Source: Octopus vulgaris (Eukaryota). Taken from it: DNA of 64,000 nt. Position numbers and translations under genes: made by a program. Location: the NCBI GenBank assembly GCA_951406725.2, contig OX597823.1, positions 6,510,001 through 6,574,000 on the forward strand, read 5' to 3'. Below, one piece after another: positions 62,146 to 64,000 of the stretch. Within the stretch, counting starts at the first letter, position 1, and each line of letters opens with the position of its first letter. The notes below the pieces were generated by a model, which saw only the letters and a list, made by a program, of their open reading frames with translations, did no database searches and was not told the DNA's origin.

Positions 62146-64000
62146 TTCCATCTTCACACACGTGCGCGCGCAAACATACACATATGTATATATAAAATAT
62201 ATACGCATACATTTATACCAGCCTCCCTTCTCCTACATTGTTAGGTGTTGATAATTATCTCCCATCATTTGTGATTTCGCTGGTCCTGGGCCTAAGCCCA
62301 GCTCTTGATAAACATTCACGGCCGCAAATATCGCAGATCAAACTTTTTCACATTCACTCCACTTGTGCTCTCTTTTCTTACAGCATTCTTAAAATCAGCA
62401 TGAAAAATTCGTGTATTTCCAAAAATACTTACTCCTTTCCTTATATATTTTCTCACTTTATGGCGATGATAATCATTGATTTCACAATTAACATCTCATA
62501 TTTCACGTGCCTTCAACGAGATCTTTACACAGTTCTTATCCTTGATTATGGAAAGTGCCACCAGCATAAACGAAGAGTACAATTTAACATATAGCATCTG
62601 TTTAGGGATTCTCTGATCATTAATCTGAGGAAGATGCCCAGTTCACCGTAATTGGTGATGGTATATCATCATTATTCTCTGTGCTTTTATAATTTGACAA
62701 ATCCAACCTCTCTTCTCAGGGCAACATATTTTCCTTTTCATGCTTTTAAAATATGAAAATTTCCTTGACAGTCATTGACCAGAACAAGATGAAGATCTCA
62801 GTCAGTAAAGGAATTTGTCTGGGGGTCATCAAATTTTGAAGTTACTCTTTTTTAGTTTTATAAAGTCACTAAAAGTATAACGTTTTCTCACTTTATAGAA
62901 AACTCGCACTTTTATAAATCGGTTTATTGGCTGTACATTAAATGTTAAATTAAATTTGCTCCAGCTGGTCTATATAAACAGTAACCTACTGCTTTGAACA
63001 ACTTTACTATTTTGCTGTGTATTATTTACTCACATATAATGTGTGAATATTTCAACCCCAGCTATTCAAGCAAAAATCAGAAGCATATATTCTCAATTTA
63101 TTTAGAACTAGCATTAAAGACCAGTCGTTGCCGGGTCATAGTGCTAGTGCATGTATATATGTACATATATATATATGTGTACATAATACATGTACATCTA
63201 TATATATACATCTACACATAAAATACAAAATGCAAAATTATATCTTGATATCGCTAGTGATAACAATACTCAAAATATATAACAGACTGGAATTGTTAGC
63301 CCGTCTCTTGCAATTTCGATCAATTGTATCTTGTCCTCCCTCTTGTATAGAAGTGTGGCTACAATCCAGCCTACCTCTACTTCTGGGGGAGGGGGCATTT
63401 AAAATTTTTTTCCGGGACGTCCATTCGTCCCAGATATAAAGGTAAAAGTAAAATATTTCCACTTTGCAAGTTCGCCCAGAGTACTCCCTTGCACGCTCCG
63501 TTGACTCGAACCTTGCTTCTATTGTGGCGAATGTACCGCCTCTGATTAAATATCTTTCATAGTCGCACCAAGACACTTTTCGAAGGTGCTTTCCTCCATG
63601 TGTTCAAATCTTTTTTCTCTACATTGTATACTTTATAGACAACAAGCGACACATCATTCTTCGTTGCGGTGACCCTCGCGTAAGTCTCCATGACTGAGGG
63701 TCAACGCTCCTTCTACAAAAAGTAACGACACACAGCGACAAGCGACAAGCGCGATTCGATCCTGTTTCGTCTTTATCTACAATTTTTCACTTTTTTTCAC
63801 TCTTTCACACAAAAATAACGTCTGACTCTGACAGCATAATATCAGGTACTCAGTAGAAGCATCTTTCGAGAAAACAGACATTACATACAGTCAAACTTCA
63901 TATAGATACTTAATGCTAGCTAATTAGCAAAAAATCTAATGTAAAAGCCGTGTACACCTCCATCTGGACTATTCCATTTCTGCACTTAAATTTTATTTTT

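Noticed and set aside
63238-63720. Possible transposase remnant
   Set aside because: No diagnostic motif could be identified by eye

Overview
AT-rich, microsatellite-dense eukaryotic DNA. The SINE families, (TA)n/(CA)n load and LINE content resemble an octopus/cephalopod genome (inference). Two intron-containing genes could be assembled by hand from splice sites with consistent phases. (1) On + is the 3' part of an adhesion/secretin-class GPCR (TM3-TM7; exons 4392-4512, 5507-5579, 9590-9983, 12550-12602), with an apparent frameshift in its cytoplasmic tail. (2) On - is a complete 13-coding-exon gene (53657->32390, 516 aa) with Mind bomb-like ankyrin repeats and RING finger, three duplicated 51-nt microexons carrying K-x-V-[QR]-T (LC8/DYNLL-type) motifs, and a C-terminal death domain. 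A second, frameshifted death-domain exon lies downstream in a segmental duplicate. The rest is a mosaic of CR1-like, RTE, HERO-like and Tx1 LINEs, Penelope-like fragments with many minimal hammerhead ribozymes, Tc1/mariner and gypsy remnants, tRNA-derived SINEs, long foldback hairpins and simple repeats. Most ORF-track entries are microsatellite artefacts. All family assignments come from motif recognition only; no database search was run.
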